A stretch of 64,000 bases of DNA from Cyanophora paradoxa CCMP329 (taxonomy: Eukaryota > Plantae > Glaucophyta), in NCBI GenBank assembly GCA_004431415.1, contig QPMI01000428.1, forward strand, positions 440,514 through 504,513, read 5' to 3'. Made by a program: the position numbers and the translations under genes. The notes beneath the pieces were generated by a model that saw only the letters and a list, made by a program, of their open reading frames with translations, was not told the origin of the DNA and searched no databases. Positions 13,301 through 27,465 of this stretch are shown here, one piece after another (position 1 is the first letter of the stretch; every line of letters starts with the position of its first letter).

Positions 13301-16300
13301 CGGAGACGCCGACGGAAACCCCGACGGAGACTCCCACGGAGACGCCGACGGAAACCCCGACGGAGACTCCCACGGAGACGCCGACGGAAACCCCGACGGA
13401 GACTCCCACGGAGACGCCGACGGAAACCCCGACGGAGACTCCCACGGAGACGCCGACGGAAACCCCGACGGAGACTCCCACGGAGACGCCGACGGAAACC
13501 CCGACGGAGACTCCCACGGAGACGCCGACGGAAACCCCGACGGAGACTCCCACGGAGACGCCGACGGAAACCCCGACGGAGACTCCCACGGAGACGCCGA
13601 CGGAAACCCCGACGGAGACTCCCACGGAGACGCCGACGGAAACCCCGACGGAGACTCCCACGGAGACGCCGACGGAAACCCGACGGAGACTCCCACGGAG
13701 ACGCCGACGGAAACCCCGACGGAGACTCCCACGGAGACGCCGACGGAAACCCCGACGGAGACTCCCACGGAGACGCCGACGGAAACCCCGACGGAGACTC
13801 CCACGGAGACGCCGACGGAAACCCCGACGGAGACTCCCACGGAGACGCCGACGGAAACCCCGACGGAGACTCCCACGGAGACGCCGACGGAAACCCCGAC
13901 GGAGACTCCCACGGAGACGCCGACGGAAACCCCGACGGAAACCCCGACGGAGACTCCCACGGAGACGCCGACGGAAACCCCGACGGAGACTCCCACGGAG
14001 ACGCCGACGGAAACCCCGACGGAGACTCCCACGGAGACGCCGACGGAAACCCCGACGGAGACTCCCACGGAGACGCCGACGGAAACCCCGACGGAGACTC
14101 CCACGGAGACGCCGACGGAAACCCGACGGAGACTCCCACGGAGACGCCGACGGAAACCCCGACGGAGACTCCCACGGAGACGCCGACGGAAACCCCGACG
14201 GAGACTCCCACGGAGACGCCGACGGAAACCCCGACGGAGACTCCCACGGAGACGCCGACGGAAACCCCGACGGAGACTCCCACGGAGACGCCGACGGAAA
14301 CCCCGACGGAGACTCCCACGGAGACGCCGACGGAAACCCCGACGGAGACTCCCACGGAGACGCGGACGGAAACCCCGACGGAGACTCCCACGGAGACGCC
14401 GACGGAAACCCCGACGGAGACTCCCACGGAGACGCCGACGGAAACCCCGACGGAGACTCCCACGGAGACGCCGACGGAAACCCGACGGAGACTCCCACGG
14501 AGACGCCGACGGAACGAGACAACCCGACGGAGACTCCCACGGAGACGCCGACGGAAACCCGACGGAGACTCCCACGGAGACGCCGACGGAAACCCCGACG
14601 GAGACTCCCACGGAGACGCCGACGGAAACCCCGACGGAGACTCCCACGGAGACGCCGACGGAAACCCCGACGGAGACTCCCACGGAGACGCCGACGGAAA
14701 CCCCGACGGAGACTCCCACGGAGACGCCGACGGAAACCCCGACGGAGACTCCACGGAGACGCCGACGGAAACCCGACGGAGACTCCCACGGAGACGCCGA
14801 CGGAAACCCCGACGGAGACTCCCACGGAGACGCCGACGGAAACCCCGACGGAGACTCCCACGGAGACGCCGACGGAAACCCCGACGGAGACTCCCACGGA
14901 GACGCCGACGGAAACCCCGACGGAGACTCCCACGGAGACGCCGACGGAAACCCCGACGGAGACTCCCACGGAGACGCCGACGGAAACCCCGACGGAGACT
15001 CCCACGGAGACGCCGACGGAAACCCGACGGAGACTCCCACGGAGACGCCGACGGAAACCCGACGGAGACTCCCACGGAGACGCCGACGGAAACCCCGACG
15101 GAGACTCCCACGGAGACGCCGACGGAAACCCCGACGGAGACTCCCACGGAGACGCCGACGGAAACCCCGACGGAGACTCCCACGGAGACGCCGACGGAAA
15201 CCCCGACGGAGACTCCAACGGAGACGCCGACGGAAACCCCGACGGAGACACCCACGGAGACGCCGACGGAAACCCCGACGGAGACTCCACGGAGACGCCG
15301 ACGGAAACCCGACGGAGACTCCACGGAGACGCCGACGGAACCCGACGGAGACTCCCACGGAGACGCCGACGGAAACCCCGACGGAGACTCCCACGGAGAC
15401 GCCGACGGAAACCCCGACGGAGACTCCCACGGAGACGCCGACGGAAACCCCGACGGAGACTCCCACGGAGACGCCGACGGAAACCCGACGGAGACTCCCA
15501 CGGAGACGCCGACGGAAACCCCGACGGAGACTCCCACGGAGACGCCGACGGAAACCCCGACGGAGACTCCCACGGAGACGCCGACGGAAACCCCGACGGA
15601 GACTCCACGGAGACGCCGACGGAAACCCGACGGAGACTCCCACGGAGACGCCGACGGAAACCCCGACGGAGACTCCCACGGAGACGCCGACGGAAACCCG
15701 ACGGAGACTCCCACGGAGACGCCGACGGAAACCCCGACGGAGACTCCCACGGAGACGCCGACGGAAACCCCGACGGAGACTCCCACGGAGACGCCGACGG
15801 AAACCCGACGGAGACTCCACGGAGACGCCGACGGAAACCCCGACGGAGACTCCCACGGAGACGCCGACGGAAACCCCGACGGAGACTCCCACGGAGACGC
15901 CGACGGAAACCCCGACGGAGACTCCCACGGAGACGCCGACGGAAACCCGACGGAGACTCCCACGGAGACGCCGACGGAAACCCCGACGGAGACTCCCACG
16001 GAGACGCCGACGGAAACCCCGACGGAGACTCCCACGGAGACGCCGACGGAAACCCCGACGGAGACTCCCACGGAGACGCCGACGGAGACTCCGACGGAGA
16101 CGCCGAGCCCAAGCCCCTCCTCGGAGATCCCGACGGAGACGCCGACTCCGAGTCCGTCGCCGAGTCAGACGCCGAGCCCAAGCCCCTTGCCCAGCCCCTC
16201 GCCCAGTCCTTCGCCTAGCCCGAGTCCGTCGCCAAGCCCGAGCCCCTCGCCCACACCGTCTCCCATTCCTCGACCGGCTCCTCCAGTCTTCATTACTCCG

Positions 16301-19300
16301 TCCACGGACGGCCTCGCCAACATCCCGCGCCTCTCCTCGGGAAGAGTCGCTCTCACCCTCAACACGACTGCAGCGGATGCCGTCAAGACTGTCACCGTTA
16401 CTTGCCAGGGGGGAGGGACCACGGCCTCCGGATCTGCCGATCTTACGTCGACTTCGGCTGTGGTCGAGGTCGCACTTGCTGCGGGGACTACGTACGACTG
16501 CAGTGCCCAGAGCACCAACATCGATATCCTCGGCATCTCCCGCATCTCCGACTTCGCCACGCGGCGATTCACGACTGCCCCAGGACCTGCCGTCCCCATC
16601 ATCACTTCACCCGCAACAGACGGCGTGATGGGAGTGACTCGTGTTAATGCTGAAGGACAGGCCTCGCTCAAGATTGGAGTGCTTGCTTCTGACGGAGTCA
16701 CTGGCGGAACTCTGACTTGCAGGGCGGCCAATGGAGCTTCCACCTCGGTCACCCTGACAGCGCCTCCTCCTGACAGTCCAACATCAATCACCGCTCTGGT
16801 GCGCTCGCTGAATTCGTTTTATCAAAGACTTTGTGTTGAATTTCAATTACAGGTTACACTTAACCCAGGCCTGGAGTACACGTGCGATGTCTCAACAACG
16901 AACTCGCGTGGATCATCGCCCAGTGCGACTAGGAGATTCACCACCGGGGCCCAGCCGGCCCCTCCGCTGATCATGACCCCAACAAACAACGCTGTCGACG
17001 TGGAGCGGACGAACGAGGGTGTGGTCTCGATCGTGCTCTCCGTGCTTTCTATCGACACTGTCACCAATGCGACGGTTTCCTGCGCCACGACCGCCACACT
17101 GGCTGCTGTTGCATCCGTCACGGTCTCTGTGCCCGCTGCTCAGACGTCTGTCACCGTCCCAGTGACGCTTGATGCCCTCACTGGATACCAGTGCACTGCC
17201 ACGACAGCGAACGCAGGCGGCTCGTCGGTCGCCACCATGAGCACGTTCGTCACCAAGAAGGGCCCTGCGCCGGTCGTCGCGTCGCGCAGCATTGCGAGCG
17301 GGCCTGCCGTTTGCGATCCTACGAGTCCTGCAAATTATTACCAGATTGTTGGCTGGTCCACCAGCGTTGTCGTCCAGGCATTCGACTCGGATGGTCTACT
17401 TGTTTCCGGGCGCAACGCTGGCACTCTTTCTGCCCAGGTGCGAATCGACCATCTAGTGTGATAATGGACCTCTTTTGCTAATTCTATTGACCGCAGCTCG
17501 TCTCTCTGACTGCATCCGACCCGACGGACCCTTCGTTCAGCTTTTACGGGGTGTCGCCCGCCTCCGACACCAGCTCGGCCCCCACGATCACGAACTTCTT
17601 GAACGGTCAGCTTTAATTTCGCACAACCGTTTCTCGTCCAAATCGAAGATGCGACATCCATTTCTGAACGCGATTGCAGGGACCTTCGAGGTGGCATTCC
17701 AAGTGCCGCTTCGCCGAGGCACGTACGAGCTGCGGCTGAGCCTCGATACCGGGGACGCCGCAGCCTCCGGCGCCATCTCCAACTCGCCGATTCGCTTCTT
17801 TGCCCTCCCGTCGACCCAGACGAAGGTCTCCTTTGAGGGCGTCCCCGCTACCGTCAGGGCGTTCAAGGGCTTCCCCATCTCGTTCTCTGGCATCTACCGG
17901 GACAGGTTTGCAGTGCGCTCTTTTCGCTCTGGCTCTCTTACCCACATTTCGTCTCGGCAGCAACGACAACTTCATGGGCCGCATCCCAGCTGGCGTCGCA
18001 ACATCGACGTGCCCCGCCGCCTTCGCGTACCGCTCGTCGGCAGGCACGGCAGCCGATGCACCGGTCGCTGCGAGCATATCCGCCTCGCCGGCTACCCCCG
18101 TGGATGTTGTCACCACCAAGGGCACCTACGGCACTGGCGGCACCTGGGTAGACAAATTCGTGCTGACCGGCAAGACCTCCGTGGATGGAAGCGCGACGGT
18201 GACCGTCACTGGCACCGTCGGCGCGTCGTCGTCGACGGTCACGACTATTTCGCTTACGGCCGGCAACATCGCCATTTCCAAGTCGGGCGTTGTCAGCGAC
18301 GTCTGCAAGACGTACACGGCAGGCAAACCCTTCACGCTCCGCATCGAGCTCAAAGACGATGCGGGAGCCAAAGTGGACGGGTTCAGCACGGTTACGGTCA
18401 CCCCGACCTACCTCGGCCCGACCTCGTCCGCCGCCGCTCCAGGGTGCGCATATGCTTCCGATGTCTTTTTCGGCTTGATTCGAATTCGTGGTCATTGACA
18501 AGAACCGCAGGGAAATTGTATTCACGCTGCCGGACTCGTTCGTGGCCCTGATTAATCCGAACAGCTTCCCGTCCGCGGCCACCGCAACGGTCTCGGCGGG
18601 CACCGACGGGTCCTACACAGCCTCTGTGACGGCATTCAAGGCCGGATACTACAGGCTGTCGGTCTCGATCAACGGGCAGCCGGCCGGTGTCGGCGCGAGC
18701 CTTGCCGTGTTCGTCGCCCCCGGAGAGGCGGCGACGGCGCCGGATGCGGCCTTCCCGACCTACAACGCGTCGCGCCTCGAGTGGCTTGCCAGCCCCAACG
18801 CACTTGCCGGCCAGAACACCACCGCGTACCTCGCTGTCCGCGACGCGTTCGGAAATCTCGTGGAGCCCTCCGCTTACGAGTCGATTGCCTCGGTTACCAA
18901 CCTCCAGCTGGGCCTCAGCACCACTAGTACTGTTACTGGTTGCCCCTCGAGCTCCTCTTCAATTCCTCTCCCGTGGGCCGCGTCGGCGGTTACGTTGGCA
19001 GCTCCTGCGAATGTTGTCAAGGTGCTGCCTGTTGTCGCACCAACAGGGCTCAGTACAACGTGGGGTGTCGCTGAACAACCCTCAACACTTGCGGGAGTCT
19101 ACCAGATCACGTTCTCAGTGTGCCCCGCCGGCCTTCAGCAGATCCAGGCCTCATATGGCGGGAAGGCCTTCGGCAACAGTTTCCCTCTGACAGTGAACCC
19201 CAACATTCTGGCGGGCATCCAGGGCGCATCTACACTCACGGAAAGCACCGCGGGTCCGCTTGCCGCGGAGGCCGTCAACTGGATTCGCGTCACAGGCGTC

Positions 19301-22300
19301 GACGCGTGCGGCAACGTCGTCAACTTTGACCAGTGCGCTCCCGCTCAAGAGCTCGAGTGCGAGATCTAGTGCTCACGCGAGGGTTTGACCCGTTCCGTTC
19401 AGGGCGCCGAACAACGCGTACGAGTTTGCGTTCTCCGGAGGTTTCGCCAAGCTGCCGTTCTTCGCGGACTTCACGACCGCGGCGGGCGCAACCCCGCTCT
19501 GCTCGTACGTGCGCTACCAAGGCGTCATCGGGTGCTTCCGCGAACTTAAGGTGCGACATCCACATCCGTTGCAATGTTTGTGGTGTTGACTGCGTCGACG
19601 TCCGTCCGACGTGCAGATTTCCCGCGTCGTCGGCACAACTGGCGTCGTCACCATCTGTGCGCTCCTAATGTTTTGTTTTCCATTTGCGTCTGGAGAACGG
19701 GGGCCTGGCCTTACTGAGCGAATCTGCGCAGCCTACAAGCTCTTCGCAACCGGGGATGGAAAACTGAACCTCTTTGTTAACACGAGGCAGACCACCTTCA
19801 TCGAGGGATCGCGCATCGCGTCCACCGACGAGCCGGTTGCAAAGGTATCCGTGTCCCGCATCCCGAAGGATCCGATCGAAATCGTCTCCGCAAGGTTCTC
19901 CGATGCGGTACGCCTGAACTCGGAATAGCTGTGCGCGACTGATCACGACTGACTCTGTTCCTGCGTTCACGTATACGTAGGGCAACACTGTACTGTTCGA
20001 GCTGAGCGACAACTCGGACATGCTTCAGGTGCGGCTGTCCGGATATATTCACGGATAATGATCTGTAGTGCTAAGCGTTCGAATTCTTTGGCAGAGTTAT
20101 ATGGGCACTTCAGGCGCCTTGTTGGACTCGGCGAGAAATGTGCGCGCGAGCGCCATCTTTGAGAATGCCGAGACCCTGTTCGGTCCTGGTGCTCTTGCTC
20201 CTTCGTGATACTTTCCTATTGCTCCTTCGTGACACTTTGCTCGCAGCCTCCTACTGCTCGTTTGTCAGCCCAAGGGTAATGGAAGTCACGATCGCCGGAG
20301 TGACCGAGCAGAACATCGGAAGCCTCGCCGGGCCTTCGACCAACGTGAGGATCGCGAGCGCTGGCGCCCCGATCTACAACGCGTGCGTTCTGTCGCCAAT
20401 GCAAATCCGCGCCCCCGCCACTAAAATTCCTGCAGCATCGGCAACTCTGCGCGGATCCCGTCTTCGGCGCCCGCCAAACCCATTCTCGCTCCGAACAACC
20501 CGCCGACCCCCGTTGTCCAGCTCACGGGTGACACGTCGGTTGGAAAATGCGACCCCGCCGAGTACATTGCCAAGGTCGAAAGCGGCGGCTGCGGTCGGCC
20601 ACTCGGCCTGACGTGGACTGTTACCAAAGATGGGACCGCTATGACCCCAGGTTCGTGCACATAATATACTCGAGTGGAATCTCGTGTGGGATTCTGCATT
20701 TCTAGCCGCCTCTTACCTGGCCTATTGAGCAGGCGCTAGTTCATACCAAGAATCGGGAACGGCTCTCCGCATTCTTGCGAGCAATGCGGGCACGTACACG
20801 GTGGCCGTGACTGGTAAGAATTTCCTGCAGGAGGCCAGCACGCAGCAGACGATTACGGTGAGCCCGCATTTGCTTGCAATGTCATTCCAAAGAGTGCATG
20901 CGTGCGCCTCTAATTCTTGCCTTCAGCTTGTAAAAACCGAAACGGCGATTCCGAGGGTCGTGATCGCGGAAGGCGCGAGGCTGGAGTCTGCGAAGACCAC
21001 AGACACGACCCTCACCGCCCGTGCCACGTTCAGCTCTTGCCCCACTGGCTCGAGCTCGAGTGCGCGCCCTCCCCGGTCCCGTCCCACGGCCTTTTTTACT
21101 GGGGGATTCTCACGCCTTCTCCCAGGCGAACCCGCGATGGAGTTCAAGTGGTTCGTTGGAGGGGAACAGACCGCGGTGACCTCTTCGTCCTTCACGATCG
21201 GGCCGACTGGAGTATCGCTGGCGGTACGCTTGTCGAATAACAGCTTGCAATCGATTCCATCCGCTCATATTAGCCCGCCCCGCAGCCTCGCGACGCGCCG
21301 TACGAAATCAAGGTGGAGGGCACCGTCAAGGGGACGGATCTCAAGAACTCGTTCACCACGATGCTCACCGTGAAGGCAGCAAGGCTTGTGGCGGACGTCA
21401 AGGCGTTTGCCGAGTCGGGCGGCGTCCTGCAGCAGACGAGCACCATCGGCATCGACACCAACATCGAGCTCAACGCGACGGCGTCCTTCGACCCCGATAA
21501 CTTTGATCCCAAGAATCCAAACCCCGCTTTCGACACGATGCTCTCGTGCAAGTGGACGATCGCGGCGAGCTCCCCGGCGAACGGTCTTGCGAAGGACGCC
21601 AACGGCTTCATTGCCGCCGGCTCGGGCGTATCCATTCCCAGCGACAAGAATGGATGCGTCCTGAAGATCGCAGCTGAAACCCTGAAGCCGGACAAGACGT
21701 CTCCACGAATGCCGTAAGCGAATTGGTACAAATAAAGAGTCTGGTTTCTCATTTCTCACTCCATTGAGCAGGTTTGTCTTCACGGTTCAAGTCACTCGCA
21801 GCGACACCCTCAACCGCGCCGCGGCTACGGCCTCCATCCCGGTCGTCGTTTCAGAGTTCGCCCCGCCTGCAGTCTCCATTGTGGTACGAGGCGCCCGCTT
21901 TCGTAACCCCGCTCACGCCATTGACGCGTTACCGCCATCGCGAACCAACAGATTGACGGCTCGCGCACCGTGAACGCGTTCCGCGAGCTGAAGCTGACCG
22001 GCGCCATCGAGGCCCCCAGGGACATCGACGCGGACGACTTCAAGAGAAATGGAGAGACAAAGTACAAGCTGCAGTACCTGTGGACCGTGCAGAGCGCGAG
22101 CACGCTGGACCTTCAGGACAAGAACATCACGGAGAGCAGCACGGGACCGTCCCTCGTCCTGAAAAGGAATGTCCTCCGCCCGGGGCAGACCTACACGTTC
22201 GCCCTCTCGGTCACGCTCGAGAAGGACGGAAAGATCCGCACCGCATCAGCGGAAACCACGCTGGAAGTTAACCGGGTGCGCTGCGTTGCCGACGTCAACG

Positions 22301-25300
22301 TGCATGCACATGCGCCGAGACGTCTCTGATCACAGTCGCGCAGCCACCCGCGTCGGGCAGCTGCAAGCTGCTGCAGCTTGTCGGTGGCAGCCTGCAGAGC
22401 GTCACGTCCGCCAAGGCCCTCACGGAGGAGTACCGCCTCTCGTGCAGCGACTGGGTCACGAACAGCCCGCCCCTTCAGTACGCCTTCGAGGTCGAGGATG
22501 ATACCGGAAAGAAGAGCACCCTCCGCGGCTACTCGTCTGACAGTACCCTTCCGAAGGTCAAGGCCTTCCCTGTGAGGGGTGCGCCCGGCCCGTCCCTTTA
22601 AATTTACAACCGCATACGTATTCTATGGCGCGCGTCCGCTCACGCGAGCGCCTCTCTCGCGGGCCGCAGGTTCCCTGAAATTCCGCGGGTACATCCGCGA
22701 CGCGACGGGCGCCTTCACCGTCTTCAACGACCTTGCGCCCGTGCCGGTCGAGGACCCGACAATCGGCAAGTCGGCGTCGCAGGTGGCACAGCTGATCAAG
22801 GACAACACGGACGCCGCGACGAGCACGTGCATCCGCGCCCAAGATTACGTCTGCGCGTTTGGCAGCATTCTTACGGCCACCAACTCGGCCCAGCAGCAGG
22901 CAGCCATCAACGCGCGGAGGCGCAAGGCTCTTGAGACCTTCACGAGCGTTCCTGCGCGCCGCCGCCTCAGCGCCGTGGACCCTGCGCTTCTCCAGATCCA
23001 GATCGACGCGCTCCGCAGCGCGACGCAGGCCGTCGAGGGCGCGGCGTACAGCCGCACGACCGTCAGCGCCGCCGCGTCTCAGTACGCGACGGTCCTTGGC
23101 GCCGGCTTCGCTGCTGAGTACAGCGCATCCATCATCCACGACGCCCTCGCCCTCGCAGGCAACCTGACTTCCCGCTACGTGCGAGACTGCAGCTCGTACA
23201 CGCCGGACACGGATGCCGTCATCGAGAACCTCGTCCGGGGCTCGCTCAACGTGTTCAGCAACGATGCCGGCGTCAACCGCACCCTCGCCTCGTCGCTCTC
23301 GCTCCGGCACCTCCTCGCGCAGCTTGGCCGCCGCAGCCTCGAGTGCGGCACCTGCGCGTCAACGCTCAGTAACTCGCCCTCGCCCGTCGCGGCGTACGCC
23401 GCGCCTACTGCCTCCCGCAAGGACGCCGAGCTCCTCCCGCTGCAGCTCTGCGTCTCCCGCACCGTTGCCTACCCGCCGCAGACGGTCGCCTTTGCCGGCT
23501 TCGACTCCCGCGTCGTCCTCCCGTCCAGCTTCGCGCTCAGCGTCCTCGGCAACGCGACGACCGACCGGACCCTGGACCTCGTTGCCCTGCGCCTCCCCGC
23601 CGCCCTGTACAGCGCCAGCGAGCGCTTCGCATCCGACGTCGTCCAGATCTCCGTGTTCAAGGCCGGCTGCGGCGCCAGCTGCGAGAGCCTTCCGATCGCC
23701 GGCCTCCCGGAGCCCGTCACCTTTGCCGGGCTCGTACCGGCCTCGGCCGCCTTCGACTTCATGTCCGAGCGAAGTGAGTGGCCGAGGGGGCGCCGGCGCC
23801 CTCGCTTTTCGCGCTCCGTTGTTAACGATATGTGTCTCGCAGTTTCGCTTTCGCGCTTCAACGTGTCGGCTTCCACGTGGACGGAGACCACCCCTGGCGC
23901 CATTGCCGTTCGCGGCGTGGACATGCGCTACGCGTCGGCCGAGGCGAACGTGGTCCCGGCGAGTGCGACCGCCGTTCTCCACGACATCGCCCACGTCGTC
24001 CGCTCGCGGCCCGAGTCGCGCAACGTCACCTCGCGCGCGACGCTCGGAATCGCGTTCGTTTTCTACCCCGGCCAGGGCAACACGACGGCCGCGTCCATCT
24101 TCGCGAACAGCTCGGCGTCGGACCCGGCCGGCCTCGTCGCGGCCATCGCGGCCCGCATCCGGGCCCGCGCGGCCGCCCTTGGCTCGGCGGCCTCCCAGGT
24201 CGCCGGCTTCGACCAGGACATGCAGCTCGCCGTGGAGACGGGGGCCATCTCCCCTTCGGCCGCCGGGGCGGTCGAGGGCCTCCAGATCACCTTCTCGTGC
24301 GCAACGGTTCTTCCTTCGAAGCTTCCGGCTTGGTGAGGCTGACGACCCGATTTCGCGTCTCAGGTTCTTCGGGGTGGCGAATCCGGCCGCCGGGACGAGC
24401 CGGCCGTCGTCCGTTCCGCTCCGCGACTTTGTCTACGCTGACGCGCTCATCAACGGCCTCGACCTCTCTGCCATTGACCCGCTTCTCGTGGGCGGCGTCC
24501 CGCGCGCCCTCAACGGCCAGCGCATCACCTCGGTGCGCGACGCGTGATGCGTGATGCGTGATGCCGGTGAAGTGGCGACCCGTACTCACCACCCACTTTC
24601 GCAGCCGGGCGTGCCCGGCATCGGCGGCTTCCGCAACACCGCCGGCAGCGCGCTCTCCGTTGTTCTCTCGTTCCCGGCGCAGGCGGTCACGCTCGCGACG
24701 TTCCGGACTCTGTATCCCGTGTCGGCCTCCGTGTTCGGCAACCCGCGGCTTGTCCGCTCGGTGCTCGGCGCGCTCCGGGGCGCAGTGAACGGCACCTCGT
24801 TCTCTGCCGATCTCGCCAAAGTCATCGACATTCAGGTGCTTTATCTTCCTGCAAATTTAATGTAAGACGTCGACGGCCCGTAACGCTCGATATATCGATC
24901 TCAGATGGCCTACGTCGGCGCCGAGGCGGGCTCCGTCGTTCTGTCCTTCAACGCCTTCGGCGCGCTGCTGGCCAGCCCCGCCGCCAACGGCGGCTTCGAA
25001 GTTGCGGCGACGGCGACCGGGCCGGAAGCGATCGCCCGGGCGCTCGTCTACGCTTCTTTGACGGGCGGCCTCACCCTCCCGCTCGCCGACGGCTCTCGCC
25101 TCACGGGAGGCACCGTCCGCTCCATCGGCGGCAGCTTCGCCGGCGTCGCGCCGTACGTTGCGGCGGTCGCGGCGGAGCTGAGGCGCGCGGCGCCGGCCGT
25201 CTCTGCCAACGCCTCGCGCCTGAACTTCACGATCCGCGTGGAGAACGGCGCCGGCTCGTTCGCGGCGTGGCTCACTGACAACTACGACGCGCTGGACGCC

Positions 25301-25975
25301 GCCACTCGGGACGACTACTGGGCGCTGTCCCTCTTCAACTTCCTGCGCCAGATCGACCCGTCCGTCAACGTCAACGGCGTCCTCTTCCCCGGCCGCGCGG
25401 CCTTCGCCGACGGCGTCAGCAACGGCACGCGCCGGCACGCCCTGCAGCTCACGGTCAGCCCGTCCGTCGACATCACGGGCATCTATCTTGGCTCCTCGCC
25501 CATCCTCGGCTCTGGCTCGGGCTTTTCGCGCAACAGTCCGTGTCCTTGCTTCGTTCCCCGTCCGCGCTGCTGCGATCTCCTGACAAGCCCTCGCGCAGGC
25601 ACGTTCTGCGGGACGGCGTACACCGTCTCGCTCCCGAGCGGCACTGCGACCGCCAGGCCGCAGTGCACGCAAACGGACGTCAAGGCACAGGTGCCAGGCA
25701 CCGGCGGCCCGATCAGCCAAGGGCAGACCTCGTCGCCCGCGTCGTCGGGCCTCTCGGGCGGGCAGATCGCCGGCATCGCCGTGGGCATCATTGTTGGTGT
25801 CGTCGCGGTCATCGCCATCGCAGCGTTCGTGTTCATGCGCAAGAACCGCGGAGATGCCATGGATCTCCCGCGGCCTGTGCAGTCCGCCGCCTACGTCGTG
25901 GACGCCAACGGCGTCGCGGAACCGGTCCGCGCTGCGGAGCCGGCCGCGCCTCACACCCAATTCATTCTGGTGTAA
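10301..25975 (+). CDS. Giant single-pass surface protein: Cys-rich N-terminus, TETP mucin stalk, 3 FN3-like repeats, filamin/Ig-like repeats, PKD/REJ-like module, C-terminal TM helix
   Basis: Signal-like segment [19 protein letters not shown]; (TETP)n then (SP)n; three ~105-aa repeats ending Y.C...TN...S......F.T (16270-17260); filamin-like motifs ([40 protein letters not shown]); REJ-like motifs ([37 protein letters not shown]); [30 protein letters not shown]; stop at 25975. Start codon and continuity of all exons are inferred. Confidence 0.75.
11410..16105 (+). repeat. Coding minisatellite, 36-bp unit ACGGAAACCCCGACGGAGACTCCCACGGAGACGCCG (3 x TETP), about 130 copies
   Basis: The unit is read directly, with no spacers. 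Almost all deviations are single-base losses in CCC/CCCC runs. Copy number is estimated from length divided by 36. Confidence 0.97.
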
Positions 25976-27465
25976 AATAATGATGAGACAGTCGTATTTG
26001 ATTCGTTCCAACACTCCTATTTTCCGCTATTTTTCACTTTATTGCAGCAGTATAACATAGCAGAGTTCTTTTTGTAAGTAGCAAGTCAGAGCTTTTCATC
26101 GATCGATATCATGAGTTAACGTTTGACGTGGCCATATACTGTATTGTCGCAAAAGTTTCGCGGTACCGGTTTATTTATATCACAGCATTTCGGAAGTCCT
26201 CATCAACGTATTCGTGAAATGAATATTGCGTAGGCGTCTGGTAGCCTCTGCTCCTCTGCAGAGCGTGTTGCAGGCGCTCGCACCCAAGTAGATTCGCTTT
26301 CAATAGCGTTTTCCGATTTCGACCGACAGCGGACGATTTCGAGTGAATAAATTATAACCTTAGACCTTTCGGATTTCGACACGCAAAAGTATATTCACCT
26401 GTTGCCAGCAAGTTGCCTCGAGCTCGTTAGGACGCTTTGCCGGAGAAGTTATAGAGAAAGAAGGAGCGGTAGAAGAATAAATGAAGAGGCCGCGGGCGGC
26501 CATGTTGTTGTTGCAATTGCAATATGGTATTATCAAGAAGAATATCCGGATCCGGATCCCCCGGGCCCCGTACATAAACGTGCACGCGCATACACCTGCT
26601 CCTAATAATAATATATATATAGTAAATTCGTGCCGCAGCGCGCGGGCTGGGCCTCGCCCCCGGCCAGCCACTGTCTAGATTTGGGGCCCGGGGCGAGCCT
26701 CGGAGCTGACGCCTCGGCCCTGCGCCGGCTATGCGGAGGGCCCGGCGCTATTTGCTGCGCTGCCCGTACGCGTGTCCCCTCCCGCCGCCGCCCTCGCCGA
26801 GCCTCGGAGTCGCCTGCCCGCGCGCCAGTCTGGTGCGCCGGTGCGCACTGCGGCATGCCGCCGCCCGCCTCGCCATCCCGCCCGCCTCGCCCGGCCGCCT
26901 GACTCGCCTCTCTGCCCTCCGCCCCCCCCTAGTACCCTGCAACGTGGCCTAGTAACCAATTTTATTTATGCCCGTAGGCCTTAAATCAATCAATGCGTGC
27001 GCTTTAATTCGACCGCGGCCGGGCGCCGCGCGCGCTGCACTGCGGCAGCTACTAGGCTAGCGCTGCAGCTGGCCTGGATATCGATCGCGCGCGAGCATGC
27101 CGCGCAAGCCGCCGCGCAAGCGCCGCGCCCGATATCGGCTCCGCGGCTAGCGCTAGCTATATAGCGCTCCAGATGCAGCGGCGCCCGGCGCGCGCCGCGG
27201 CGCGCGCGCGCGCGAGCTCGAGCAGCTACAGCCGCGCCCGCTGGTTCTAGATCTGCGAGGCGGGCCGGGGCGCCGCGCCGGCACTCTAGATCTAGATTTA
27301 ATTTCGCCGAGTCGGATCGATGTTGGTTCTCCGCGGGTAAACCGGTACCCCGCGACTTTTGCGATTCATCAGTGCGGACTGAGGCAGCAGCGGCAGCTGA
27401 ACTTCGGAATCAGCATCCGCATGAGGTTTTAGCTCTAGTTAGGAACGGCCAGCCGTGCGCTGGGA

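Noticed and set aside
11410-16105. 36-bp repeats as a CRISPR array
   Set aside because: Units are contiguous with no unique spacers, encode TETP, and no cas genes are present.
11331-16218. 1,500-1,600 aa ORFs on the minus strand and in alternative frames (VSVG, RRRLP, DGDSH repeats)
   Set aside because: The repeat has no stop codon in any frame, so these are shadows of the TETP frame. Frame switches follow homopolymer deletions.
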